Assembly (NCBI GenBank): GCA_036676985.1
Contig: JAKFBU010000030.1
Coordinates: forward strand, 1 to 64,000
Source: Candidatus Sericytochromatia bacterium
Lineage (GTDB): Bacteria; Cyanobacteriota; Sericytochromatia; S15B-MN24; UBA4093
Reading direction: 5' to 3'
Length of the DNA: 64,000 nucleotides
The notes under the pieces: model-generated
Told to the model about the DNA's origin: nothing
The model's input: only the letters and a program-made list of their open reading frames with translations
The model's database searches: none
In this document: piece after piece, positions 1 through 7,705 of the stretch
How the letters are laid out: the number at the start of each line of letters is the position of its first letter
How positions within the stretch are numbered: position 1 is the first letter of the stretch
Position numbers and translations under genes: made by a program

Positions 1-8
1 GCCTCACC

Positions 9-38
9 TTGCCTGAGGGACTCGATCGTCGGTATAAT
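9..38 (+). promoter_or_regulatory. sigma70-type promoter of tRNA-Arg
   Basis: TTGCCT (9-14), 18-nt spacer, perfect TATAAT (33-38), 9 nt before the tRNA. Confidence 0.75.
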
Positions 39-47
39 GAGGCAGTT

Positions 48-121
48 GCCTCCGTAGTTCAGTTGGATAGAACGTCTCCGTCCTAAGGAGAATGTCGGGA
101 GTTCGAGTCTCTCCGGGGGCG
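48..121 (+). tRNA. tRNA-Arg (anticodon CCT)
   Basis: Acceptor stem GCCTCCG/CGGGGGC, D-arm AGTTGGATAG, anticodon stem TCTCC/GGAGA with CCT at 82-84, T-loop GTTCGAG; CCA not encoded. Confidence 0.95.
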
Positions 122-125
122 CTTA

Positions 126-155
126 GGCCCAGCGATCAAGTCGCTGGGCCGTTTT
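126..155 (+). terminator. intrinsic terminator after tRNA
   Basis: GGCCCAGCGA-TCAAG-TCGCTGGGCC hairpin followed by GTTTT. Confidence 0.75.
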
Positions 156-176
156 GCTGGCTCGACAGTAGATTAA

Positions 177-197
177 CCCCGGAGAGACTCTCGAACT
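177..197 (-). repeat. inverted partial copy of tRNA-Arg 3' end
   Basis: Reverse complement AGTTCGAGAGTCTCTCCGGGG matches tRNA 100-118 AGTTCGAGTCTCTCCGGGG with a 2-nt insertion. Confidence 0.7.
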
Positions 198-222
198 ACC
201 CCCAGCCACTGCACAATGAAGA

Positions 223-293
223 ACCTTGGTTATGGCTTGAAGTACCCAAGGAAAAACAATATCCTTGGGTAATGACCGACTTACCCAAGGATA
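223..293 (+). promoter_or_regulatory. fic promoter overlapped by two tandem palindromic operators
   Basis: TTGAAG(237-242)-17nt-TATCCT(260-265)-6nt-ATG; palindromes (A/T)CCTTGG(T/G)TA-N10-TACCCAAGGA at 223-252 and 262-291. Confidence 0.7.
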
Positions 294-1528
294 GCTCAGA
301 GCAGAGTCGCTGGATTGAGCGGATCTGGCCTGCCGATCCCTCGGCAACCGGTGGACATTCGGCACGTCAGGCGTTCACTTACTTGGCTTACCGCCCCGAG
401 TCTATCGCCGACCTCGATCTAATGCTGCCGGGACAATTCGCTCTGGATGTCGCGGAGGCGGAACGAAGCCTGACTCAGCTCCAAGGTGACGCCGCGTTCA
501 TTGGTTTGGAGGCCTTGAGTCGACAGCTCCTACGAGCTGAGAGCGTGGGATCTTCCCGCATCGAAGGCCTCGCCCTCTCCCAGCGCCGACTGGCACGGGC
601 TATGTTCGACCCTGCTGCGGCCGATGAGACCGCGCGGGCCGTCCTCGGCAACGTGCGGGCCATGGAACTGGCCATCGACCTTAGTTCCAGAGGCGAACGC
701 ATCGAAGTCGTTGATTTGCTTCGTATCCACGAAGCGCTCCTGAGTGAAACAAGCGATCGTGCTCACGCAGGACAGATCCGAACGTCTCAGAACTGGATCG
801 GGGGAGGTTCGACCAGCCCGCGGCATGCAGAGTTCGTTCCGCCGCCACCGGAGTTCGTCCCCCGTCTACTGGAGGACCTCTGCGTCTTCCTGAACAGAGA
901 AGACCTGCCAACGGTGATCCAGGCGGCCATCGCCCACGCCCAGTTCGAGACCATTCACCCCTTTGCCGATGGCAACGGGCGGGTTGGCCGCGCCCTGGTC
1001 CATGTTGCCTTGCGCAAGCGTCGACTGGCTCCTAGGATCGTCCCTCCGCTCAGCGTGGTCCTGGCGACGAACGCCGCTCGCTATGTGGAAGGGCTGACCT
1101 GGTACCGGGAGGGAAAAATTCTGGACTGGTGCGCCTTGTTTCTCGGCACCCTGAAGACCGCCGTCACCCAGTCTGGAATCCTGGCTCGCCGACTCGACGA
1201 ACTCCAAGACTGGTGGCGGGAAGCAAGCGGTCACCCACGCCGTGATTCGACCGCCGAGAAACTCATTCAGCTCCTGCCAGCCCGCCCGGTATTGGACGGT
1301 AAGGTCGTTGCCGCCATGGTTGGCGTAAGTGATGAGGCAGCGCGAACGGCCCTGCTCTCGCTCGAGAAGGCCGGCGTGTTGCGTCCCGTTGTACTCGGTA
1401 AGAAACGAAACAGGGCCTGGGAGGCTCCCGATGTCATCGCCTTGCTGGACGGGTTCGAATGGGACCTTGCGACGCCTACGCGTACTGAACAACCAAGGCG
1501 GGCCTCCCCGCGGCCACGAACCAGGTAG
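272..1528 (+). CDS. Fic family protein (AMPylase-type) with probable C-terminal winged-HTH
   Basis: Canonical Fic motif HPFADGNGRVGR; start moved to ATG 272 because the ORF-track start (92) lies inside the tRNA. Confidence 0.9.
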   Translation: MTDLPKDSSEQSRWIERIWPADPSATGGHSARQAFTYLAYRPESIADLDLMLPGQFALDVAEAERSLTQLQGDAAFIGLEALSRQLLRAESVGSSRIEGLALSQRRLARAMFDPAAADETARAVLGNVRAMELAIDLSSRGERIEVVDLLRIHEALLSETSDRAHAGQIRTSQNWIGGGSTSPRHAEFVPPPPEFVPRLLEDLCVFLNREDLPTVIQAAIAHAQFETIHPFADGNGRVGRALVHVALRKRRLAPRIVPPLSVVLATNAARYVEGLTWYREGKILDWCALFLGTLKTAVTQSGILARRLDELQDWWREASGHPRRDSTAEKLIQLLPARPVLDGKVVAAMVGVSDEAARTALLSLEKAGVLRPVVLGKKRNRAWEAPDVIALLDGFEWDLATPTRTEQPRRASPRPRTR

Positions 1529-1581
1529 GTACACGGCCGACACAGCAACAGGATGCCCCCTCGAAGAGAATAGGACCTCCC

Positions 1582-2154
1582 ATGGTTTCAGATATCCCGT
1601 CCATCCATGAGTACTTCGAGTTCGAAGTATCGCTCGAACACATCGAACCTCGTATCTGGCGGCGGTTCCTGCTGACCAGGTCCGCATCCTTCTATGATCT
1701 GCATAAAGCCATTCAAGATGCCGGCCCATGGCAGGACTACCACCTGTTTGCGTTCCAACGGAGTGACGATCAGCCGGTCGCCGGGATCCCCGATGAGGAC
1801 ATTCCAGTTGGTGTGGACACCACTCCCAATGCCAAGAAGGTGAAACTCGCCGTCTACTTCAAGGACAGCAACCGGGTCCAGTACGAGTACGACTTCGGTG
1901 ATGGGTGGCAACTCGAGATCAAGCTCCTCGGCCTCGTGTCGCTTCCCTACAAGTTCAAGCGGGCCCTGCTCGGAGGTGAGCGGGCCTTCCCACCTGAGGA
2001 CAGCGGCGGGGTAGGGGGCTACCAGCGCTGCGTTGCATTCCTCGCGACCGGCGTTGACGAGTGGGAGGACGAGGACACTCTCGCCTCCTGGTTGGGGGAT
2101 TGGCGTCCTGATAGGTTCGACCTCCAAAGAGCGAAGAGCCGCTTCGATCGGTAA
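1582..2154 (+). CDS. plasmid pRiA4b ORF-3 family protein
   Basis: Motifs IWRRFLL, LHKAIQ..W.DYHLFAF, YEYDFGDGW, GERAFPPEDSGG. Confidence 0.85.
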   Translation: MVSDIPSIHEYFEFEVSLEHIEPRIWRRFLLTRSASFYDLHKAIQDAGPWQDYHLFAFQRSDDQPVAGIPDEDIPVGVDTTPNAKKVKLAVYFKDSNRVQYEYDFGDGWQLEIKLLGLVSLPYKFKRALLGGERAFPPEDSGGVGGYQRCVAFLATGVDEWEDEDTLASWLGDWRPDRFDLQRAKSRFDR

Positions 2155-2259
2155 CTACTCACACGTAAGTTCACCGGCTCCAGCAGTCGGTACGCACCTG
2201 AGGTTGGAGAATTTGGCAACCATGGTTCGAAAGTCGTCTCTCCAGGCGCGCTAAGAAAG

Positions 2260-2292
2260 AAGCGGGATCGACGAACGTCGATCCCGCTTTTT
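2260..2292 (+). terminator. intrinsic terminator
   Basis: 14-bp perfect inverted repeat AAGCGGGATCGACG/CGTCGATCCCGCTT with T tract. Confidence 0.75.
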
Positions 2293-2452
2293 GCTGCCAA
2301 ATAGGCGCCAGATTGCTCATAGAACAGGCTGCACGGGCACTCCCATACTCGGCTGTTGCCCGGACAAGTCGAATCTGACATGGTCGTTACGGCAAATCAA
2401 TTGGTGATTCTCTCATGGGCTCCTCTTCGATCGACGAACAGGAGGGTCCACG

Positions 2453-3142
2453 GTGCGCATAGGACTTGAGCGCCGAATTGCTTGCGCTGCACTCTTGGCC
2501 GTCACGTGCTCTTGCGCCATTGTGCCAACAGTCCCGGACGCTCCATCGCGAATGGCTGCAAACGCGAACACGCATGACGCCGGCTATCACGTTCAGCAGT
2601 ACGGCTCCCTGTTCTCACAGGCGCAGTGGGTCTATTCGGACAATAGCTGGCGCTATCTGTACCCGGGCCAGTTCACCTTCAGCGGCTGGGTCTACACGCA
2701 ATTGCCCTGGTGGGGATGGGTCTGGGTCTGGTTCCCCTACACCTATACCGGGTGGATGTTCGTCTGGGGATTCGGCTGGGCCTACATCGGCGGGTGGATG
2801 TGGCCCGGTGGTTGGGGTGACTGGCCCGGCTGGTGGGGCGGCTGGCAAGGCGGCCCTGGTGGCCCCGGAGTATGGCGTGGAGGTTCCCCCGTCGTGGCCC
2901 AACCCGGACAGACGGTCAGCGTGCCATCCGCCTATGCCGCCCGCGGGGGCGGAAGTGCTTCGGGCGCTACCGAAACCGTGCGTGCACCCAGCGACTCTCC
3001 CGGCAGCCCACCTTTTGGCGGCGCTCGCCCGACCGGCGGTCCCTCGAGCGGTCAGGGCCCGTCTGGCAGCCCCAGTGCACCCTCAAGCGGGGGCCCCATG
3101 GGCGGGCCACCCGGACCGCCGCCCGGTAGACCGCCAGGTTAG
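2453..3142 (+). CDS. Trp/Gly-rich putative lipoprotein with Pro/Gly/Ser tail
   Basis: AGGAGG RBS, GTG start, signal peptide ending in Cys, about 19 Trp in ~85 aa, low-complexity C-terminus. Confidence 0.65.
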   Translation: MRIGLERRIACAALLAVTCSCAIVPTVPDAPSRMAANANTHDAGYHVQQYGSLFSQAQWVYSDNSWRYLYPGQFTFSGWVYTQLPWWGWVWVWFPYTYTGWMFVWGFGWAYIGGWMWPGGWGDWPGWWGGWQGGPGGPGVWRGGSPVVAQPGQTVSVPSAYAARGGGSASGATETVRAPSDSPGSPPFGGARPTGGPSSGQGPSGSPSAPSSGGPMGGPPGPPPGRPPG

Positions 3143-3291
3143 CGGCGGTCCATCCTTGATAGACTTGCCGACACATGCAAATGGGCCCCTCGACGTCGAG
3201 GGGACCGCACAACCCTTGGGATCTTTCGCAGCAACTCGCCTCACACGACGGCCGATGATGCGGAACCCCGGTCCATCGAGCGGCCCGAAAT

Positions 3292-3432
3292 GCCCTTGAG
3301 CACTTGGGGGCCGAGCGGCTCGTCATGGTGGCGGAGGCCGGCATAGAGGCCGTGCGCGTGTACCAATCGGTGGGTTTCGAGCCGCTCGAGACCCAGTTCG
3401 GAGTGGGTCGACGACCCGCGAGGATCCCCTAG
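3292..3432 (+). pseudogene. C-terminal remnant of a GNAT N-acetyltransferase
   Basis: Frame reads ALEHLGAERLVMVAEAGIEAVRVYQSVGFEPLETQ...stop (A..VY..VGF GNAT C-terminal motif); no N-terminal part or credible start. Confidence 0.5.
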
Positions 3433-3442
3433 CGATGTCAGC

Positions 3443-3470
3443 TAAAGCGACGAAAATCTCAGGCCGACAT
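3443..3470 (+). promoter_or_regulatory. candidate sigma28 (FliA/SigD)-type promoter
   Basis: TAAA-N16-GCCGACAT, 70 nt upstream of the lipoprotein gene. Confidence 0.4.
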
Positions 3471-3540
3471 GCCCTGAACTGAGCAGCCAAGCAGGCCCGA
3501 AAATGGCGAGGCTCCCCACAACCTATCGAGCGGAGGTCCC

Positions 3541-4314
3541 ATGCGTCAAACGAGCCTCCTTGCGTGCCTGCTGGCCGCCAGCCTGACGAGCGGATGCACC
3601 CTCATCGTTTCCCCCGATCCCCCCAAGTCCACCACCCCCGCCGGCCCCTCCACCTCGACCTCGACCCCAGCGAGCCCCACGCCTCCTCCCGACTCGCCCT
3701 TCCCCCGGCTCAGCAATCCCACGGAGGGCCACCCGCTCCAGGTGGCGGATTACTTCGCCGATGCCACCTCGAGCCTCACGGTCTCGAACGTCACCATCAG
3801 CGGCGAGAGCGACGGAGACGACGACGGCGCGCCGAACTACCTGGTCCAGGCCCAGGTCGATCTGGGCGACTTCGGGGTCCACGACGTGGAGATCGCCGAG
3901 AACGACGCCCCGGCCTCCGCAGGGCAGCTCGATCGCTACACCGTGACGGACCGGACGGCGACCAGCTCCTTCACCCTCGAGCTCACGCCCGACAACGGCA
4001 ACGGGATCATCACGCATGGCGACACGGTCCTGACCTTCCTGTTCAACGACGACGGCACCGTCACGCTCAACGACGGGGATCCCGTGTCCATGGAAGACGC
4101 CGCCCTGCAGCTGGCCCAGCTCGCCTCCGAAGGGGAGGTCTCCCCGCACGCCGTCGCCTTGCTGTACGCGCGGCTCCTGCGATCGCCCGTCGATACCACG
4201 CAGCCCACCTACAATGTCACCTCTTACGACAAGTGGGTCCTGGGCAACCGGAGCCTGCTGCAGAGCCTGCTGCTCTTGATCCTCCAGTTCCTGCTCTCCT
4301 TCCGCTTCATCTAG
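3541..4314 (+). CDS. hypothetical lipoprotein
   Basis: GGAGG RBS, lipobox-like TSGC, Pro/Thr linker, acidic beta-rich domain, hydrophobic C-terminus. Confidence 0.8.
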   Translation: MRQTSLLACLLAASLTSGCTLIVSPDPPKSTTPAGPSTSTSTPASPTPPPDSPFPRLSNPTEGHPLQVADYFADATSSLTVSNVTISGESDGDDDGAPNYLVQAQVDLGDFGVHDVEIAENDAPASAGQLDRYTVTDRTATSSFTLELTPDNGNGIITHGDTVLTFLFNDDGTVTLNDGDPVSMEDAALQLAQLASEGEVSPHAVALLYARLLRSPVDTTQPTYNVTSYDKWVLGNRSLLQSLLLLILQFLLSFRFI

Positions 4315-4324
4315 CCCGCAACGC

Positions 4325-4355
4325 AAAGCGCCCCCGGGAAACCCGGGGGCGCTTT
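4325..4355. terminator. bidirectional intrinsic terminator
   Basis: AAAGCGCCCCCGG-GAAA-CCCGGGGGCGCTTT between convergent genes. Confidence 0.8.
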
Positions 4356-4363
4356 CGAGTGGG

Positions 4364-5029
4364 TTACTTGAGGATCGGGCGATCGCTCCCACCCTCCATC
4401 GGAGGCATGGGGATCTTGTTCTGACCGATCTGGGGCACCAGGACCTCGTCGACCAGGCCGTACTCCTTGGCTTCCTGCGGGCTGAGGAAGAAGTCGCGGT
4501 CCGTGTCCTTCTCGACCTTCGAGAGCGGCTGGCCGCTGTGCAGGGACATCAGCTCGTTCAGCCGGCGCTTGAGGCGCAGGATCTCGGCGGCCTGGATCTC
4601 GATGTCGGTCGCCTGACCCTGGGCGCCGCCCAGGGGCTGGTGGATCATGATGCGGGCGTTGGGCAGCGCGATGCGCTTGCCCGGCGCGCCGGCGTTCAGG
4701 AGGAAAGCGCCCATCGAAGCGGCCTGGCCCATGACGATGGTGGAGACGTCCGGCTTGATGTACTGCATCGTGTCGTAGATGGCCAGACCCGCCGTCACCA
4801 CGCCGCCCGGCGAGTTGATGTACATGTAGATGTCCTTGGCGGGGTCCTCGGCCTCGAGGAACAGCAGCTGGGCCATCACGAGGCTGGCGATCCCGTCGTC
4901 GATGGGCGTGTTCAAGAAGATGATCCGCTCCTTGAGCATCCGCGAGAAGATGTCGAAGGCGCGCTCACCACGGCTGGTGTTCTCGATGACCGTGGGAACG
5001 AGCCCCATGTAAGGCGATACGTAACTCAT
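4364..5029 (-). CDS. clpP: ATP-dependent Clp protease proteolytic subunit
   Basis: [26 protein letters not shown] (catalytic Ser), [13 protein letters not shown]. Confidence 0.97.
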   Translation of the reverse strand: MSYVSPYMGLVPTVIENTSRGERAFDIFSRMLKERIIFLNTPIDDGIASLVMAQLLFLEAEDPAKDIYMYINSPGGVVTAGLAIYDTMQYIKPDVSTIVMGQAASMGAFLLNAGAPGKRIALPNARIMIHQPLGGAQGQATDIEIQAAEILRLKRRLNELMSLHSGQPLSKVEKDTDRDFFLSPQEAKEYGLVDEVLVPQIGQNKIPMPPMEGGSDRPILK

Positions 5030-5219
5030 GGCGTCTCCTTTGTTTGCCTACCCGGGAACGCTTTCCGATGGCCGGGTAAGACAGGGTAGCATAAATGCGC
5101 CGTCCTATCCCGTGATCCGGTCGACAGCCCGGCCTTGATTTTTCGCCGTCCCGTCGGCGCAACATCCATCCAGCCGAGCGCGAGCCGCCTCCCGCCTACG
5201 AGCGCGCGGGATCGGAGGT

Positions 5220-5245
5220 GTTAGGCTTCCAGCAAGCGAGGGAAT
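5220..5245 (+). promoter_or_regulatory. candidate SigB/SigF-like promoter
   Basis: GTTAGG-N14-GGGAAT, 38 nt upstream of ATG 5284. Confidence 0.4.
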
Positions 5246-5283
5246 GTTCATGGTGGCCCTGCCCCCCTGGAGGCCGCATCGCC

Positions 5284-6573
5284 ATGGACGTTCGCCCTAC
5301 CGCTTCCAGTCCCTCCGCGTCCCGCCAGCCGGCGGGTCCGGTGGCGACGGCCAAGGCGCCGCCCGCGCCGAGCCTTGCCAGCGATCGCCTCGCCACGGCC
5401 CCCATCATCCTCCCCCTCGGCGGCCGGATGAACGCCGTGCCGATGCTGAACGCGAACCACCCCGAAATGGTCCAGGGTCCGGGCATCTCGCTTTCCACCC
5501 TGCCGCTCGCGGGCCCTGGCCACCTCGGCAAGGCCCTGAACGGCTCCTTCGAGGTCTTCGTCCACCACAACAACCAATCCGGGCGCGACCTCTACCAGAC
5601 GGTCGTCCTCCACAACCCCGGCCCCAAGCCCGTGACGGTGCACATCGGCCCCTCGGCCAGCTTCACCTCGGACTCCGCCCGCTACCGGGACCGGGGCCCC
5701 AAGGCCGGCCTCGATCCCCGGGGCCAGTTCGTGAGCGGGCCGGGGGACGCGACGGCCTCGGCCCTCCTGCGCGGCGATCGCGCGATCAGCGCCGAACACC
5801 TCGTGCTTGCGCCAGGCGAGTTCAAGGTCCTGCACACCAAGCGCTTCGGGACCGGCAAGGAGGTCACGAGCCAGTACCGCCTGGTGTCCGAGGGTCCTGT
5901 CCACGCGGCCGTCCTCGTCGAGCGCCAGGCCTCCACGGCAGCCTCAGCCGAGGCCACGCTGCGCCAAGGCAAGCTGCTCGTTCGCAACCCCGCGGACAAG
6001 CCCCCGACCCCGCCCGGCGGCAAGGGCGGCGAGCTCGTCTACGGCCGGGCCTCGGGCGTCCAGGAGGGGGCTCGCTACGAGGCCAGCCTGCGGACCGATG
6101 CGCAAGATGGGACCTTCACGCTGCCGCATGGCCGCTTCGAGCGCTCCTACGTCCTCAACGGCCAGCGCGGCAACTCGCTGGGAACGGGCGACGTCCAGGT
6201 GGCGGACCTCTCCCTGCGCTATCCGGATGCGGCCTACCAGGCGCACGGCAACTACGGCGTCGAGTATCGCATCCAGGTGCCCCTCGCCAACCGGGGCGAA
6301 AGCCCCCGAGAGGTGGCGCTCTACTTCGACTCGCCGGGCAAGCCGGACAAGCTGAGCCGGGCCTTTCGCGGCACGGTGGCGGTGGACCTCACGGACGCCC
6401 AGGGCCAGGTGACGACCCGCTACGTGCATGTCAGCCAAAAGCGGGGCGAGCGCGGAGACGCGCCGCTCGCGACCATTTCGGTGCCCCCGGGCGAGATCCG
6501 CTCGGTGCAGGTGCGGCTCGTGTACCCCGCCAACGCCACCCCGCCCCACGCCCTGCGCCTCCAGGGCCTCTAG
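5284..6573 (+). CDS. DUF3370-like protein
   Basis: GGAGG RBS; recalled family motifs N.N.PE, F.VF.HH, YGR.SGV, AHGNYGVEY, FRG, YP..ATPP. Confidence 0.7.
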   Translation: MDVRPTASSPSASRQPAGPVATAKAPPAPSLASDRLATAPIILPLGGRMNAVPMLNANHPEMVQGPGISLSTLPLAGPGHLGKALNGSFEVFVHHNNQSGRDLYQTVVLHNPGPKPVTVHIGPSASFTSDSARYRDRGPKAGLDPRGQFVSGPGDATASALLRGDRAISAEHLVLAPGEFKVLHTKRFGTGKEVTSQYRLVSEGPVHAAVLVERQASTAASAEATLRQGKLLVRNPADKPPTPPGGKGGELVYGRASGVQEGARYEASLRTDAQDGTFTLPHGRFERSYVLNGQRGNSLGTGDVQVADLSLRYPDAAYQAHGNYGVEYRIQVPLANRGESPREVALYFDSPGKPDKLSRAFRGTVAVDLTDAQGQVTTRYVHVSQKRGERGDAPLATISVPPGEIRSVQVRLVYPANATPPHALRLQGL

Positions 6574-6692
6574 CCAGCTAAGCGGGCGGCCTCGCCATTT
6601 TCCCGCGCCGTACGAACGCGTTGGCGCATTCCGCCGATGCCAGGCCGCCCCGTACTGGTTAAGCTGCATCCGTGACGGATTAGAGGTGCAGC

Positions 6693-6941
6693 ATGACAAG
6701 CCTTCTTTGGGGCCTCGCCGGGGCGTTCGTCTTCATCTTGGCGTACGCCTACTACACGGTCGCCGGAATGTTCAACCTGCCGGGAGGCGACGCCGGCACC
6801 ACCCTCATCGAGTTCGGCATGGGCATCGCCATGCTGATCCTCTCCGCCCTGCTCATGGCCGCATGCCTCGCCCCGAGCCGTGCGGCCCCGGTACGGGAAC
6901 GCCAGCCAGGGGCACCCGCCCCCCGCGATCCCTCCGCCTAG
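6693..6941 (+). CDS. small membrane protein (two TM helices)
   Basis: GAGG RBS, two hydrophobic segments, genome-typical codon usage. Confidence 0.65.
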   Translation: MTSLLWGLAGAFVFILAYAYYTVAGMFNLPGGDAGTTLIEFGMGIAMLILSALLMAACLAPSRAAPVRERQPGAPAPRDPSA

Positions 6942-6993
6942 GACTCTGTGCAGGTTGGCAAGACGCCCCGATCGCGGGCGAACTGCGGCGCGG

Positions 6994-7599
6994 TCAGTCA
7001 GCCGCGCCGGGCTCCGCGTTCGTTTCGGCCTCCCCGCGCCAATCCGTACGGCTCTTGAGCTTTGAGCGCACGAGCACCTGGAGCTCCTCGAGCGAAAAGA
7101 CCTGGGTCAGTCGGTTGAAGAGGAAGGGGCGCGATCGCGACTTGAGCCCGCCCAGCGCATCCAGGGACTCCAGGATCGCGAGGGCCTCCTCGCGCCAGAG
7201 CAAGCCGGCGAGCGCGAACGGGTCGACCTGGGGGTTCTGCTGGGCCGGGCGGTCGGGGTAGAGGCGCACCAGGCCCGGCCGGATCGGCACGGCCGTCATG
7301 ACGCCCCACCAGTCCGGCACCATGCGTTTCGCGCTGGAGTGATGACGTTCGCCCACCACCAGCGTCACGCGGTCCAGCACCTGGCTGTAGCGCCTGGCCT
7401 GGGTCGCAAGCCGGCTCAGCGTGTCGGCGTCGCTCTTGATCTCGTAGCCATGCAGCCAGTCGTCGATGGCCACGAGATCCACGCGGACGTCCCCGTTGCC
7501 GATACCGAACTCCTCGACGATCCGGGCATGCGGCTCCGAGCCGTGCCACTGTGGCAGCACGACCCGCAACGTCGCCCGGACGTCGCCGTCGCGCATCAT
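6994..7599 (-). CDS. sce7726-family protein (PD-(D/E)xK nuclease-like)
   Basis: IVEE...RVDLVAI...GYEIKSDADTLSRL..Q...Y..V.D motif set; GGAG RBS before ATG 7599. Confidence 0.8.
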   Translation of the reverse strand: MMRDGDVRATLRVVLPQWHGSEPHARIVEEFGIGNGDVRVDLVAIDDWLHGYEIKSDADTLSRLATQARRYSQVLDRVTLVVGERHHSSAKRMVPDWWGVMTAVPIRPGLVRLYPDRPAQQNPQVDPFALAGLLWREEALAILESLDALGGLKSRSRPFLFNRLTQVFSLEELQVLVRSKLKSRTDWRGEAETNAEPGAAD

Positions 7600-7705
7600 T
7601 TGAACCTGCTCCCTAGAAACCGGCAACTCGACAACAAATCACACCTGCTCAGAATCGTCACCGTGATTCATTGCCGAGTTGCCACCTACGCGATGTCGAC
7701 CTGCC

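Noticed and set aside
92-271. N-terminal 60 aa of the ORF-track Fic protein
   Set aside because: Overlaps the tRNA and its terminator; a promoter sits directly before ATG 272.
2194-2250. tRNA-like GGTTCGAA within a loose hairpin
   Set aside because: No cloverleaf, and no match to the upstream tRNA that would make it an att site.
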